The notes below the pieces were generated by a model that was not told the DNA's origin, made no database searches, and saw only the letters and a list, made by a program, of their open reading frames with translations. From Candidatus Sumerlaeia bacterium (GTDB lineage: Bacteria; Sumerlaeota; Sumerlaeia; SLMS01; JANRJK01): a DNA stretch of 64,000 nt. Position 1 is the stretch's first letter, and each line of letters begins with the position of its first letter. The stretch lies in assembly GCA_033764015.1 (NCBI GenBank), contig JANRJK010000013.1, forward strand, positions 96,001-160,000, given 5' to 3'. The position numbers and the translations under genes were made by a program. This document shows positions 1 through 9,207 of the stretch, one piece after another.

Positions 1-590
1 ACGGCATGACGTCGGAGGAGCTGTGGCGCGGCGGGCTGCCCCAGGTGACGCGCGCCCTGAACTTCCACTGGCTCGAGGACAAGCCACTCGTGCTCGCCGG
101 CGGAGTCGGCCTCGCGGGCACCATCGGCTGGTACGACTACAGCGCCCGCGCCCGCCATCTGGGCCAAACCGACGAGGAACTCGTCGCAGAGAAGCGGCGC
201 CACGCCGCCGACGACTTCCGCATCGACTGGGGCTGGGACGACCGCAGCTTCGCCCTCAAGTGCCGCGAGCGGGCACGGACGCACCTCGAGGCGCTCGAGC
301 GCGATCCCCGCGTCGAGCAGATCGTCTTCGCCACCCACGTCCCGGTCTTCGAGGAGCAGCTCGAGCGGCGCGACCACGACGAGCACTGGTCCCGCGGGAC
401 CGCCTACTTCGGCCACCTGACACTCGGCGGCGAGGTGGTGAACTTCCCCAAGGTGCGCTACGTCGTGAGCGGACACACGCACATCGGGCAAAACGACGTG
501 GTCGAGCGGGAGGACGCGCCCCCGATCGCCGTGGCGGTCGTGGCGAGCGACTACATGCGCCCGCGCTGGGTCACGATCGAGACCCCGTGA
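1..590 (+). CDS. Metallophosphoesterase (calcineurin-like), 5'-truncated by window edge
   Basis: Contains THVP and SGHTH motifs and GWYDYS; the N-terminal DxH/GD/GNH motifs are absent, so the gene probably starts before the window. Confidence 0.7.
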   Translation, partial: GMTSEELWRGGLPQVTRALNFHWLEDKPLVLAGGVGLAGTIGWYDYSARARHLGQTDEELVAEKRRHAADDFRIDWGWDDRSFALKCRERARTHLEALERDPRVEQIVFATHVPVFEEQLERRDHDEHWSRGTAYFGHLTLGGEVVNFPKVRYVVSGHTHIGQNDVVEREDAPPIAVAVVASDYMRPRWVTIETP

Positions 591-1531
591 CCGGTCCCAG
601 CGGACGCCGCGAACGCCGCATCGGCGGGGCGCGCGCGTTCCGCCACCGCGCCACCGCCCGCCTCCTGCTCGCGCTGATGAGCCTCGTCCCGCGGCTTTCC
701 CTGGAAACCGCGCAGGCGATCGGGTGCTTCGCCGGCGACGCCGCCCGCACGCTGCTCCCCTCGCGGCGGCGCCGCGCCCTCGAACACCTGCGCCTCGCCA
801 TGCCCGAGCGCTCCGGGGAGCACCCGCGCATCTTACGCGAGACCTTCCGCCATATGGGCATGGTCGCGATGGAGGCGCTTTGGGCCCCGGGCATGGATCC
901 GGTCCGCGACCTGACCCGCATCTCCGTCGCGAACCCCGAGGCGGTGGAGCGGATCCGCGCGGCCGCGGAGGACGGGAAGCGCGGCATCGTCTTCCTCATC
1001 GGCCACATCGGCGCGTGGGAGCTGCTCGGCCCCTGGATCCCCGCAATATTCGGGCGCGAGCTGATGGTCGTCGCTTCGCCGCCGCACAGCCCAGCCCTCG
1101 AAGAGCCCATGCGCCGGCTGCGCGAGGCGGGGAACAAGAAGGTCGTCTGGCGAGGGGACGCCGCGCTTTCGCTGGTCCGGCACCTGAAGCGCGGCGGGGT
1201 GGTGGTGCTGCTGGCGGACCACAACGTCCGGGGCGAGAGCGCCGCGGTGCCCTTCTTCGGCCGGCCCTCGCAGACGCTCCTGGCGCCCGCTTCGCTCGCG
1301 CTGCGCACCGGCGCGCTCGTCGTCACCGGCGCGCCCTACCGGCGCGGGCGCGGGCGCGTCGAGGTTCTCTTTGACGACCCGCTCCCCCTGCCCGAACTTC
1401 CGGCTTCGCCCGCCGCGCGCCGCGAGGCGGAGATCGAACTGACCGCGGCCTACACGGCCCGCATCGAGGCGCTGGTCCGCCGCGATCCGGGCCAGTGGCT
1501 CTGGACCCACCGCCGCTGGCGCCAACGATGA
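587..1531 (+). CDS. Lipid A biosynthesis acyltransferase / lysophospholipid acyltransferase family (LpxL-like)
   Basis: GHIGAWE catalytic motif, LADH..VPFFG and C-terminal PGQWLWTHRRW; GTGA overlap with the upstream stop. Confidence 0.85.
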   Translation: MTGPSGRRERRIGGARAFRHRATARLLLALMSLVPRLSLETAQAIGCFAGDAARTLLPSRRRRALEHLRLAMPERSGEHPRILRETFRHMGMVAMEALWAPGMDPVRDLTRISVANPEAVERIRAAAEDGKRGIVFLIGHIGAWELLGPWIPAIFGRELMVVASPPHSPALEEPMRRLREAGNKKVVWRGDAALSLVRHLKRGGVVVLLADHNVRGESAAVPFFGRPSQTLLAPASLALRTGALVVTGAPYRRGRGRVEVLFDDPLPLPELPASPAARREAEIELTAAYTARIEALVRRDPGQWLWTHRRWRQR

Positions 1532-2286
1532 CGAACGGAACCCGCCCGACCGAGATGACCGCCAGCGACGCCGAACCTCTCCTCGAACTCCGCGGCGTGT
1601 GCTCCGGCTACGGCAGCCTCCAGGTGCTCCGCGACATCACGATCCAACTCCGCCGCGGGGAGATCCTGACGCTGATCGGCGCCAACGGCGCCGGCAAGAC
1701 CACCACGCTCAACACCATCTCGAACATCGTGAAGCTCCGCGCCGGCGAAATCCGCTTCGCCGGCGAGCGCGTGGACCACCTCCCCCCCCAGAAGCTCGTC
1801 GCCCGCGGCCTCATCCACGTCCCCGAGGGCAGGCGCCTCTTCTCCGAACTCACGGTTCTCGAGAACCTGGAGCTCGGCGCCTACCTGCGCAACGACCGGC
1901 CGGGGATCGCCGCCGACTTGGAGCGCGTGTACACGCTCTTCCCGCGCCTCATGGAGCGCGCCAAGCAGCGCGCCGGCTCGCTCTCCGGCGGCGAACAGCA
2001 GATGTGCGCAATCGGCCGCGGCCTCATGGGGCGGCCGACGCTGCTGCTGCTCGACGAGCCATCCCTCGGGCTCGCGCCGATCATCGTGCAGCAGATCTTT
2101 TCGATCATCGTCGAGATCAACAAGGCGGGAACCAGCGTGCTCCTCGTGGAGCAGAACGCGCAGATGGCGCTCAAGATCGCGAACCACGCCCACGTGCTGA
2201 GCGTCGGCGGCCTCGCGCTGAGCGGCACCGGCGCCGAACTGCTCGCCAACGACGACGTGCGGAAGACCTACCTGGGCGAGGCGTAG
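1528..2286 (+). CDS. livF: Branched-chain amino acid ABC transporter ATP-binding protein
   Basis: GANGAGKT Walker A, VPEGRRLF, LSGGEQQM, LLLDEPSLGLAP and LVEQN. Confidence 0.9.
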   Translation: MTNGTRPTEMTASDAEPLLELRGVCSGYGSLQVLRDITIQLRRGEILTLIGANGAGKTTTLNTISNIVKLRAGEIRFAGERVDHLPPQKLVARGLIHVPEGRRLFSELTVLENLELGAYLRNDRPGIAADLERVYTLFPRLMERAKQRAGSLSGGEQQMCAIGRGLMGRPTLLLLDEPSLGLAPIIVQQIFSIIVEINKAGTSVLLVEQNAQMALKIANHAHVLSVGGLALSGTGAELLANDDVRKTYLGEA

Positions 2287-2289
2287 CGC

Positions 2290-3765
2290 TTGGACGCCGC
2301 GCCGCCGACCGGCCTCCGCGAACGCGTTGTCCGAGGCGGCGCGCTCGCCGTCGGCGCCCAGTTCCTCCGCACCGCCGTCTCGACCCTCGCGCTCATGGCG
2401 CTCGCGCGCCTGGTCGCGCCGGAGGACTTCGGCCTCGTCGCCATGGCGGGCGTGTTCACCGGCTCCCTGGGCCTCTTCCGCAACATCGGGCTGGAGACCG
2501 CGCTGCAGCGCGAGGAGGTGCTCGCACCGGGCCTCGCCTCGAACGTCTTCTGGTGCGCGCTCGCCGCCGGGTGCGCGCTATCGCTCGCGGGGTTGGCGCT
2601 CGCGCCGTTCGCCGCGTGGTTCTATGGCGAGCCCGCCGTCCTGCCGATCGCCGCCGCAGCCGCCGCCGTCTTCATGCTCGACGGCGTCGGGGCCGTGCCG
2701 CTCGCGCTGCTGCGCCGCGAGCTGCGGATCGCCGACGCCACCGCCGCGGACCTCGCCGGGCTCCTCGCCGGGAGCGGCGCCGCCATCACGATCGCCCTCG
2801 CCACGCGCAGCCCCTGGTCGTTGGTCGCGCAGCCGCTCGCCGCGAGCGCGGTGTGTGGCGCCGTCGCCTGGCGGCGCAGCGGATTCCGCCCCTCGGCCCC
2901 GATCCGGGGCACCGGCATCCGCCGCCTGATCCGCTTCGGGGCCGACCTCCTTGGCGTCCGGATCCTCGGCTACGCCTACGGCAACACCGAGTCGCTCCTC
3001 CTCGGCCGCGCGTGGGGCCCCCACGAGGTGGGCCTCTACTCGAGGGCCAACGCGCTGATGCTGATGCCGCTCCAGCTCTGCACCGCGCCCTTGCAGCACG
3101 TCGCCGTTCCCGCGCTTTCCAAGTTCCAGCGCGAGCCGGAGCGCCTCGCGCGCGCATTCCTCGATCTGATTGAGCAGGCGGCGCTCTACCTGCTGCCGCT
3201 GGTCGCGCTGCTGGTCGCGGTGCCGGAACTGCTCGTGCGAGTCGTGCTCGGACCGGAGTGGGTCGCGTCCGCCGGGCTGGTCCGGCTGCTCGCGCTGTGG
3301 GCGCTCGTGCAGCCGTTCCTCAACATGAGCAACTGGCTCTTCCTCGCGCTCGGCAAGAGCCGCGCCTACCTCCGCTACCAGGTGGTCAGCGTCGCGTTCG
3401 TGGTCGGCGGCGCGGTGCTGGCCGCGCCGCACGGAATGCACGCGCTCGCCGCGGTGTTCGTCGCGAGCGGCTTCTGCCTGCGGCTGCCGCTCTACCTCTG
3501 GTTCCTCGGGCGGCACACTCCAGTGTCCGCCGCGGACTTCCTCCGCGCGCTTCTCCCGTTCCTCGCTGCGACGGTCGCGGGGCTCGGCGCGTTCACCGGC
3601 GTGGCTGCAGCCCTTCCGATGGCATCGGAATCGGGAACCAAAGCGGTCGCGTTGTGCGTGGGCGCCGCCTGCCACGCGGCCGTCCTGGCCCTGTTCCCGA
3701 GGGGCCGCGAAGTCCTGCGGCGCACACGCGGCCTCGTCCGGTCGCTGCTGGAGAGACGCGGATGA
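2290..3765 (+). CDS. wzx: Polysaccharide flippase (Wzx/WzxC family)
   Basis: LARLVAPEDFGLVAM and GLYSRA motifs, about 12 hydrophobic segments, and position next to glycosyltransferases; TTG start. Confidence 0.85.
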   Translation: MDAAPPTGLRERVVRGGALAVGAQFLRTAVSTLALMALARLVAPEDFGLVAMAGVFTGSLGLFRNIGLETALQREEVLAPGLASNVFWCALAAGCALSLAGLALAPFAAWFYGEPAVLPIAAAAAAVFMLDGVGAVPLALLRRELRIADATAADLAGLLAGSGAAITIALATRSPWSLVAQPLAASAVCGAVAWRRSGFRPSAPIRGTGIRRLIRFGADLLGVRILGYAYGNTESLLLGRAWGPHEVGLYSRANALMLMPLQLCTAPLQHVAVPALSKFQREPERLARAFLDLIEQAALYLLPLVALLVAVPELLVRVVLGPEWVASAGLVRLLALWALVQPFLNMSNWLFLALGKSRAYLRYQVVSVAFVVGGAVLAAPHGMHALAAVFVASGFCLRLPLYLWFLGRHTPVSAADFLRALLPFLAATVAGLGAFTGVAAALPMASESGTKAVALCVGAACHAAVLALFPRGREVLRRTRGLVRSLLERRG

Positions 3766-4928
3766 AGATCGCGCTGATCGGCGTCTCGGGGCTCCGCAAC
3801 CGCGGCATGGAAGCCCTCGTGGCCGTGCTTGTCGATGGGCTGAAGGCGCGCCACCCGGACGCCCGCATCCGGATGTTCACCAAAGTGAGCGATTACGAGA
3901 AGCGCTATTGCGCGGGCGATCCGTGTGTTTCGCTCGAGTCCTCGATTGTCGAGGGCGCAACCGACCGCCTGCGGGCCGTGATCGGACGGGTCGCCGCGCC
4001 GCGCCTGCATCCGCACTTCGCCACGCTGCGCGGGGCCGACCTGATCGTGTTCACGGGCGGGGACGTGCTGACGGACAGCTATGGCCCCGGCAGCTACGAG
4101 CACTTCCTCCGCCAACTCGAACTGGCGATTGCGACAGGGCGTCCGGTGGCTGCGCCCGCGCTCTCCGCGGGGCCTCTGCCGAAGGGCGCGTCGCCGGTGC
4201 GGTTGCTCCGGGCGTTCGAGCGTCTTGCGCACCTCTCATTCCGCGAGGAGCGCTCGCTGGCCTTTGCGCGCTCCATCGGACTGCGGCGCGATGCCCCTGT
4301 CGTGCCGGACCTCGCGGTCCTCCTGCGCCCAACGGAGCGCCCCGCCGCGGTGCCGCCCGTGCTGATCGCGCCGAGCATGGGCTTCGCGCGCTGGTCGGGC
4401 CTTGATGGGGCGGCGCACCTGGACGCGTTGGCGCGCTTCGCCGGGCACGCCCTGCGCGAGTGGGGCGCACCGGTCGGCATCGTGGCGCACACGCACGAGC
4501 GGAACCCGGAAGCGGACGACCGGCGCATCGCCGCCGAGCTCGCGGAGCGCATCGGCGGCGCACCCGTCGTGTACGAGGAGGACCAACCCGCCGCCTGGTA
4601 CAAGGCGCGGCTGGCCTCCGCCGAATTCGTCCTGGCGGAGCGCATGCACGCCGCCGTCGGCGCATTCTCCAGCGGCGTCCCCGGGATGGTCCTGGCGTAC
4701 TCGCTCAAGGCGCATGGGCTCGCGGGTCTCGTCGGATCGCCCGGGGAAGGAGGCCCGCCACCTTGCGCGGACTCGAAGGAGTTGCTTGAAGGCGATACGT
4801 GGATCGACCGGACCGACGCGATCTGGCGCGAGCGACAACGCTGGCGCGTCCACCTCGCCGAGGTGTCCGCCGCTTGGCGGCGGGGCGCGGAGTCCGTGCT
4901 CGACTCGGTTGCGGAGGCGGCGCGTTGA
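3762..4928 (+). CDS. Polysaccharide pyruvyl transferase family protein (WcaK-like)
   Basis: NRGMEA, GGDVLTDSYG, FREERS, PDLA and RMHAAVGA motifs; ATGA overlap with wzx. Confidence 0.85.
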   Translation: MKIALIGVSGLRNRGMEALVAVLVDGLKARHPDARIRMFTKVSDYEKRYCAGDPCVSLESSIVEGATDRLRAVIGRVAAPRLHPHFATLRGADLIVFTGGDVLTDSYGPGSYEHFLRQLELAIATGRPVAAPALSAGPLPKGASPVRLLRAFERLAHLSFREERSLAFARSIGLRRDAPVVPDLAVLLRPTERPAAVPPVLIAPSMGFARWSGLDGAAHLDALARFAGHALREWGAPVGIVAHTHERNPEADDRRIAAELAERIGGAPVVYEEDQPAAWYKARLASAEFVLAERMHAAVGAFSSGVPGMVLAYSLKAHGLAGLVGSPGEGGPPPCADSKELLEGDTWIDRTDAIWRERQRWRVHLAEVSAAWRRGAESVLDSVAEAAR

Positions 4929-6103
4929 GCATCGTCCTGCTGTCCGACGAGTCGCACGAGGACCCCGTGAACGGCTTCGACCTGCGCGTGTGGAACCTCC
5001 TCGCGCAGGGCGATGCGGAGCACATCGTCTTCCGCCGCAAGGGGATCGGCAGCGCGGGCGCGCCGCTCGCCGCGCGCCTCCCGTGGCGCCGCCTGGTGGT
5101 CGTGGAGGAACCCACGGAGCGCCAGCGCATCCGCCGGCGCGACGCGGTGCCCGGCGTCTTCGAGCGCCGCCACGGCACCGCGCTGGTGCAGACGATGCTG
5201 CTGTTCCGCGAGTTCGCCGCGAGAAGGGTGCGCGTGGTCGCGACGCGTCCCGGGATGGGATTGCTCTGCGCGGCGGTCGGCCCGCGGCGTTTCGTGTACG
5301 ACGGCTGCGACTCGGCCACGCTCTATCACGCTCGGAGGTCCCGCGCGCTGGCGCTCTCGCAGCCGCTCCGCGCCGCCAATAGCGCCGCATGGGCGCGCGT
5401 CTTCCGGCTCATCGAAGGGCGCGTCCTGCGCGGCTGCGCCGGGGCCGTGGTTCCTGCGGAGGCCGACGCCGCGGCGCTCCGCGGACTGGCGCCGGGGGTG
5501 CCCGTCGAAGTGGTCGGAAATGGAACCGCATGGGTGTCGGTGCCCGCTTTGGCATCGCCGACGGGGGCGCCGACGCTTGCCTTCCATGGCGGAATGGCGT
5601 TCGAGGCGACCCGCGAATCGGCGCTCTTCGTCGCGCGCGACGTATTCCCCCTCGTTCGGAAGGAGGTCCCCGAGGCGCGCTGCCTGATCCTCGGTGGACC
5701 GGTCTTCCAGGAGCTCGCGGAGGCCGCTCGCCGCCCCGGCGTCTCCGCGCCGGGCCATGTGGACGACCTGCGCGCCTCCTTGACACAGTCAACGGTCTGG
5801 TGCGCCCCCATGTTCCAGGGCGCGGGTGTGAAGACGAAGCTCCTCGAAGCGATGTCGGCGGGCCTCGCCGTGGTGTTGAACGCCCATGCTGCGGAGGCGC
5901 TCTCCCCCCGCGCCCGCGCCGCGGTGGTGATCGCGGAGGGGGCCCGCCCGATCGCGAGCGAAGTAGTGCGCCTGATGCGCGACGCCGATGCGAACGCCGC
6001 GCTCCGGCGGGAGGCGCGCGCGGTCGCGGAGTCGGAGTTCTCCTGGAGCGCCCGCGCGGCGGAGTATCGGCGATTCATCGAGGAGACCCTGGCCCTTCCA
6101 TGA
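4925..6103 (+). CDS. Glycosyltransferase family 4
   Basis: GHVDDLR..APMFQGAGVKTKLLEAMSAG and C-terminal FSW; TTGA overlap. Confidence 0.85.
   Translation: MSIVLLSDESHEDPVNGFDLRVWNLLAQGDAEHIVFRRKGIGSAGAPLAARLPWRRLVVVEEPTERQRIRRRDAVPGVFERRHGTALVQTMLLFREFAARRVRVVATRPGMGLLCAAVGPRRFVYDGCDSATLYHARRSRALALSQPLRAANSAAWARVFRLIEGRVLRGCAGAVVPAEADAAALRGLAPGVPVEVVGNGTAWVSVPALASPTGAPTLAFHGGMAFEATRESALFVARDVFPLVRKEVPEARCLILGGPVFQELAEAARRPGVSAPGHVDDLRASLTQSTVWCAPMFQGAGVKTKLLEAMSAGLAVVLNAHAAEALSPRARAAVVIAEGARPIASEVVRLMRDADANAALRREARAVAESEFSWSARAAEYRRFIEETLALP
5780..5792. repeat. Dispersed palindrome copy 1, TTGACACAGTCAA
   Basis: Perfect TTGAC-N3-GTCAA inside the GT4 CDS, read as codons TTG ACA CAG TCA. Confidence 0.8.
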
Positions 6104-7287
6104 TCCGCGTGGCCTACGGCATCCGTCCGCATCTCGGCGGCACCTGGAGCGTGTTCGAAACGCTGCGTCCCGCGCTGGCGGCGGAAGGCGTCGACCTGCG
6201 CTGGGTGGCGGTCGGCCCATCGGCGAACCGCCCGGATTGCGGGGCGGAGTGCGGTGAGTGGATCGAGGTTGCGGATCCGTCGCGGCCGCAAGCGGGCGAA
6301 GCGCTCGTCGCCCATCTGTGCGCCAGCTACAACGCGGTGATCGCGAACATCCTCGCGGAGCGGTGGTTCCTCGCCGCGCTTCGCCACCTGCCGCCACGAC
6401 CCGCGGTGATCGGCCTCGTCCACAGCACGTCGCACGGCACGTATCGCGCCGCCCGTGCGGTGGCGCCCTGGCTCGATGCGCTGGTCTGCCCCAGCCGCCG
6501 CATGGAGGAAGACCTCCGTTCGCTGCTGCGCGGCTTCGCCGGTGCGTGGCACCGTGTCCCGCACGGCGTCGCGGACGAGTTCCTTCGTGTCCCACGGGAT
6601 GCGCCGGCGGACGGCGCGCGCCTTCGGCTCCTCTTCGCCGGGCGCCTCGAAGACGCGTCGAAGCGAGTTCTACTGCTACCGGCGGTGTTGCAGCGTCTCG
6701 CGGACCTCGGCATCGCGCACACGCTGACAATCGCCGGCGACGGCCCGGACCGGGCGCGGCTCGAGGAGTTGCTGCCGCCCGGCGCCGCGCGTTTCCTGGG
6801 CCGGGTGCCTCGCGCGGAGATGCCCGCGCTCCTCGCCCGCCACGACATCCTACTCATGCCCTCGCGGTGGGAGGGATTCCCGATGGGCCTGCTTGAAGCG
6901 ATGGCGGCCGGCTGCGTGCCGGTGTGCGCGCTCCTGAAGGGCGTGACCGACGACCTTGTGGATCAAGGCGTCGAGGGTCTGCTGCCGGCCGAGGGGTCGC
7001 CGGCGGCCTACGCGGAGGCGGTGGCGGAGCTGGCGGACCGGAAGCGGCTCGCGGCGATGTCGCAGGCGTGCCGCGTGCGCGCGGCCCGGTACACCGCCGC
7101 GCGGCAGGCGGTATGGCTCGCCGCTGCGATCCGCGCCGCCGCCGCGGACCGCCGCCGCCGCGGGCCGCTTCCCCTCCGCGACTGGGCGTTGCCCCCGGGC
7201 CTCGCGGACCACCCCGTCACTGGCCTCCTCCCGCAAGCCGCCAAGGACCTCCTGCGCGCGTGGCGCGAGCGGATGCGGCGCGGCTGA
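6100..7287 (+). CDS. Glycosyltransferase family 4
   Basis: FAGRL, IAGDGPDR and PSRWEGFPMGLLEAMAAG (EX7E motif); ATGA overlap. Confidence 0.9.
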   Translation: MIRVAYGIRPHLGGTWSVFETLRPALAAEGVDLRWVAVGPSANRPDCGAECGEWIEVADPSRPQAGEALVAHLCASYNAVIANILAERWFLAALRHLPPRPAVIGLVHSTSHGTYRAARAVAPWLDALVCPSRRMEEDLRSLLRGFAGAWHRVPHGVADEFLRVPRDAPADGARLRLLFAGRLEDASKRVLLLPAVLQRLADLGIAHTLTIAGDGPDRARLEELLPPGAARFLGRVPRAEMPALLARHDILLMPSRWEGFPMGLLEAMAAGCVPVCALLKGVTDDLVDQGVEGLLPAEGSPAAYAEAVAELADRKRLAAMSQACRVRAARYTAARQAVWLAAAIRAAAADRRRRGPLPLRDWALPPGLADHPVTGLLPQAAKDLLRAWRERMRRG

Positions 7288-7409
7288 CGGCGGGCGCCGC
7301 GGGACAGCACCCTCCCGTGCCCGACGGCCCCGGTCCGAGTCCTGCGAATCCCGGTGGACCCGCCCCGCTCCGCGCGCACCCTGTCGGATCGCAACGGGAT
7401 GCGAACCGC

Positions 7410-8531
7410 ATGAACGCCTTCTCCTTCCAGCTCCACGCCACCGACGGCGCCGCCCGCCGAGGAACGTTCCACACGCCCCACGGGCCTGTGGAGACGCCCT
7501 GCTTCATGCCGGTCGGCACGCGGGGCACCGTGAAGGGGATCCTTCCGCGCGACCTGAAGGCGATGGGCGCGCACATGATCCTCGCCAACACCTTCCACCT
7601 GCATCTGCGCCCCGGGGAGGAGACCGTCGAGCGCCTCGGCGGCCTCCACGGGTTCATGCGCTACGACGGGCCGATCCTCACCGATTCCGGCGGGTTCCAG
7701 GTGTGGTCGCTCGCGGAGCTGCGCAAGATCGGCGAGGACGGCGTGCGGTTCCGCTCGCCGATCGACGGCGCGCCGCTCTTCCTCTCGCCGGAGCGCTCCA
7801 TGGAGATCCAGCGCGCGCTCGGAGCGAACGTCGTGATGGCCTTCGACGAGTGCCCCTCCGCGGACCTGCGCGGCGAGTCGTTGACACAGTCAACGGACCT
7901 CACGCTCCGCTGGCTGGACCGCTGCCTCTCGGTCGCGCTCAAGCCGCACCAGACGCTCTTCCCCATCGTGCAGGGAGGCATGGACCCGGAGCTGCGCGCA
8001 TCGAGCGCGCGGCGCACGCTCGCCATCGCTCCCGCCGCCGCGGGCTACGCGGTCGGCGGCCTCGCGGTCGGCGAGCCCAAGGAAACCACCTACCGGATGC
8101 TGCAGGCGAGCGTCGCGGAACTGCCCGCCGGGCGCCCCCGCTACATGATGGGCATCGGCACCCCGGAGGACCTCGTCCTCGCGGTGGACCGCGGAGTGGA
8201 CCTGTTCGACTGCGTGCTCCCCACGCGGAATGCGCGGAACGCGAAGGTGTTCTCCTCCGCGGGGCCGCTCAACCTGCGCAACGCGAAGTGGGCGGACGAC
8301 CCGTCGCCCATCGATCCCGCCTGCGACTGCGAGGCGTGCGCGCAGGGCTTCTCGCGCGGGTACCTGCGGCACCTGCAACTGCAGGACGAGATGCTCGGCG
8401 GCATCCTGTGCTCGCTCCACAACCTGCGGACGCTCATCCGCCAGTGCGAGGAGATGCGCGCCGCCATCGTCGAGCGCCGCTGGGAGTCGTGGAAGTCGGC
8501 TTTCTTCGAAGGACGCCCGGCTCCCTTCTGA
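7410..8531 (+). CDS. tgt: tRNA-guanine(34) transglycosylase
   Basis: TPCFMPVGT, LANTFHL, TDSGGFQV, AFDECP, GGLAVGE, FDCVLPTRNAR and a CxCxxC..H zinc site. Confidence 0.97.
   Translation: MNAFSFQLHATDGAARRGTFHTPHGPVETPCFMPVGTRGTVKGILPRDLKAMGAHMILANTFHLHLRPGEETVERLGGLHGFMRYDGPILTDSGGFQVWSLAELRKIGEDGVRFRSPIDGAPLFLSPERSMEIQRALGANVVMAFDECPSADLRGESLTQSTDLTLRWLDRCLSVALKPHQTLFPIVQGGMDPELRASSARRTLAIAPAAAGYAVGGLAVGEPKETTYRMLQASVAELPAGRPRYMMGIGTPEDLVLAVDRGVDLFDCVLPTRNARNAKVFSSAGPLNLRNAKWADDPSPIDPACDCEACAQGFSRGYLRHLQLQDEMLGGILCSLHNLRTLIRQCEEMRAAIVERRWESWKSAFFEGRPAPF
7879..7895. repeat. Dispersed palindrome copy 2, CGTTGACACAGTCAACG
   Basis: 7-3-7 inverted repeat inside tgt; 16 bp (TTGACACAGTCAACGG) identical to copy 1. 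Confidence 0.8.
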
Positions 8532-8541
8532 GGCCGCGGCC

Positions 8542-9207
8542 TCAGCCCTCGATCGGGTGCCGCAGGTAGACCGGCGCCGCGCTGGCGGGATCGGCCCACT
8601 CGCCGCGTGCCGCTCGTTCCGAGGCCAGCAGCGCGGTCAGCGCCGGCGACACGATCCGCCGCTCTTCGCTCGCCAGCCGCATCCCCGGCAGTGAACCGCC
8701 AACGCCTTCGACCAGCGCGCCTTCGCCGCACGCGATGAGCGGACCCGCCGCGAAGCCGCCGAGGTGCGCCGCGACCGCGTCCGGCGCGGCGCAGAACGGC
8801 GGCGACAGCGGCTCGCGCCCGTCCGGCCCGAAGAGCGCACCGTAGACCTCGCCGCGGCGCGCGTCGAGAAGCGCCAGGACCGGAGCGCTGCCGTCGCGCG
8901 CGCCCGACGCCATCACCGCGAACGTGTCCACCGTCACGAGGCGCTTACCCGTGGCGAACGCGAACGCCTTCGCATGGGTCAGCGAGATGCGCACTCCGGT
9001 GAAGCTGCCGGGACCGTGGCTTGCTGCGAACACATCGATGTCGCCCCAGCCGAGGCCCTCGACCTCGAGGAGCTGGCGCGCGAGGTCGAGCACGAGTCGG
9101 CTGTGGTGGCGCATCGCGCGGATCGCGAGGCACCCCGCCAGGCGGCCGCCGCGCAGCAGCGCCACGCCGCCGCTCGGTGTGGCGGTTTCGAAGGCGAGCA
9201 GGTTCAC
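8542..9207 (-). CDS. tsaB: tRNA t6A37 biosynthesis dimerization subunit TsaB
   Basis: LAFETAT, HHSR, GPGSFTGVRI, LDARRGEVY and C-terminal PVYLR; GTG start overlaps the folK-tsaE stop. Confidence 0.93.
   Translation of the reverse strand: MNLLAFETATPSGGVALLRGGRLAGCLAIRAMRHHSRLVLDLARQLLEVEGLGWGDIDVFAASHGPGSFTGVRISLTHAKAFAFATGKRLVTVDTFAVMASGARDGSAPVLALLDARRGEVYGALFGPDGREPLSPPFCAAPDAVAAHLGGFAAGPLIACGEGALVEGVGGSLPGMRLASEERRIVSPALTALLASERAARGEWADPASAAPVYLRHPIEG

Noticed and set aside
2290..7287. Polysaccharide cluster as a mobile island
   Set aside because: There is no integrase, transposase, tRNA or flanking repeat, and any codon difference is too slight to judge by eye.
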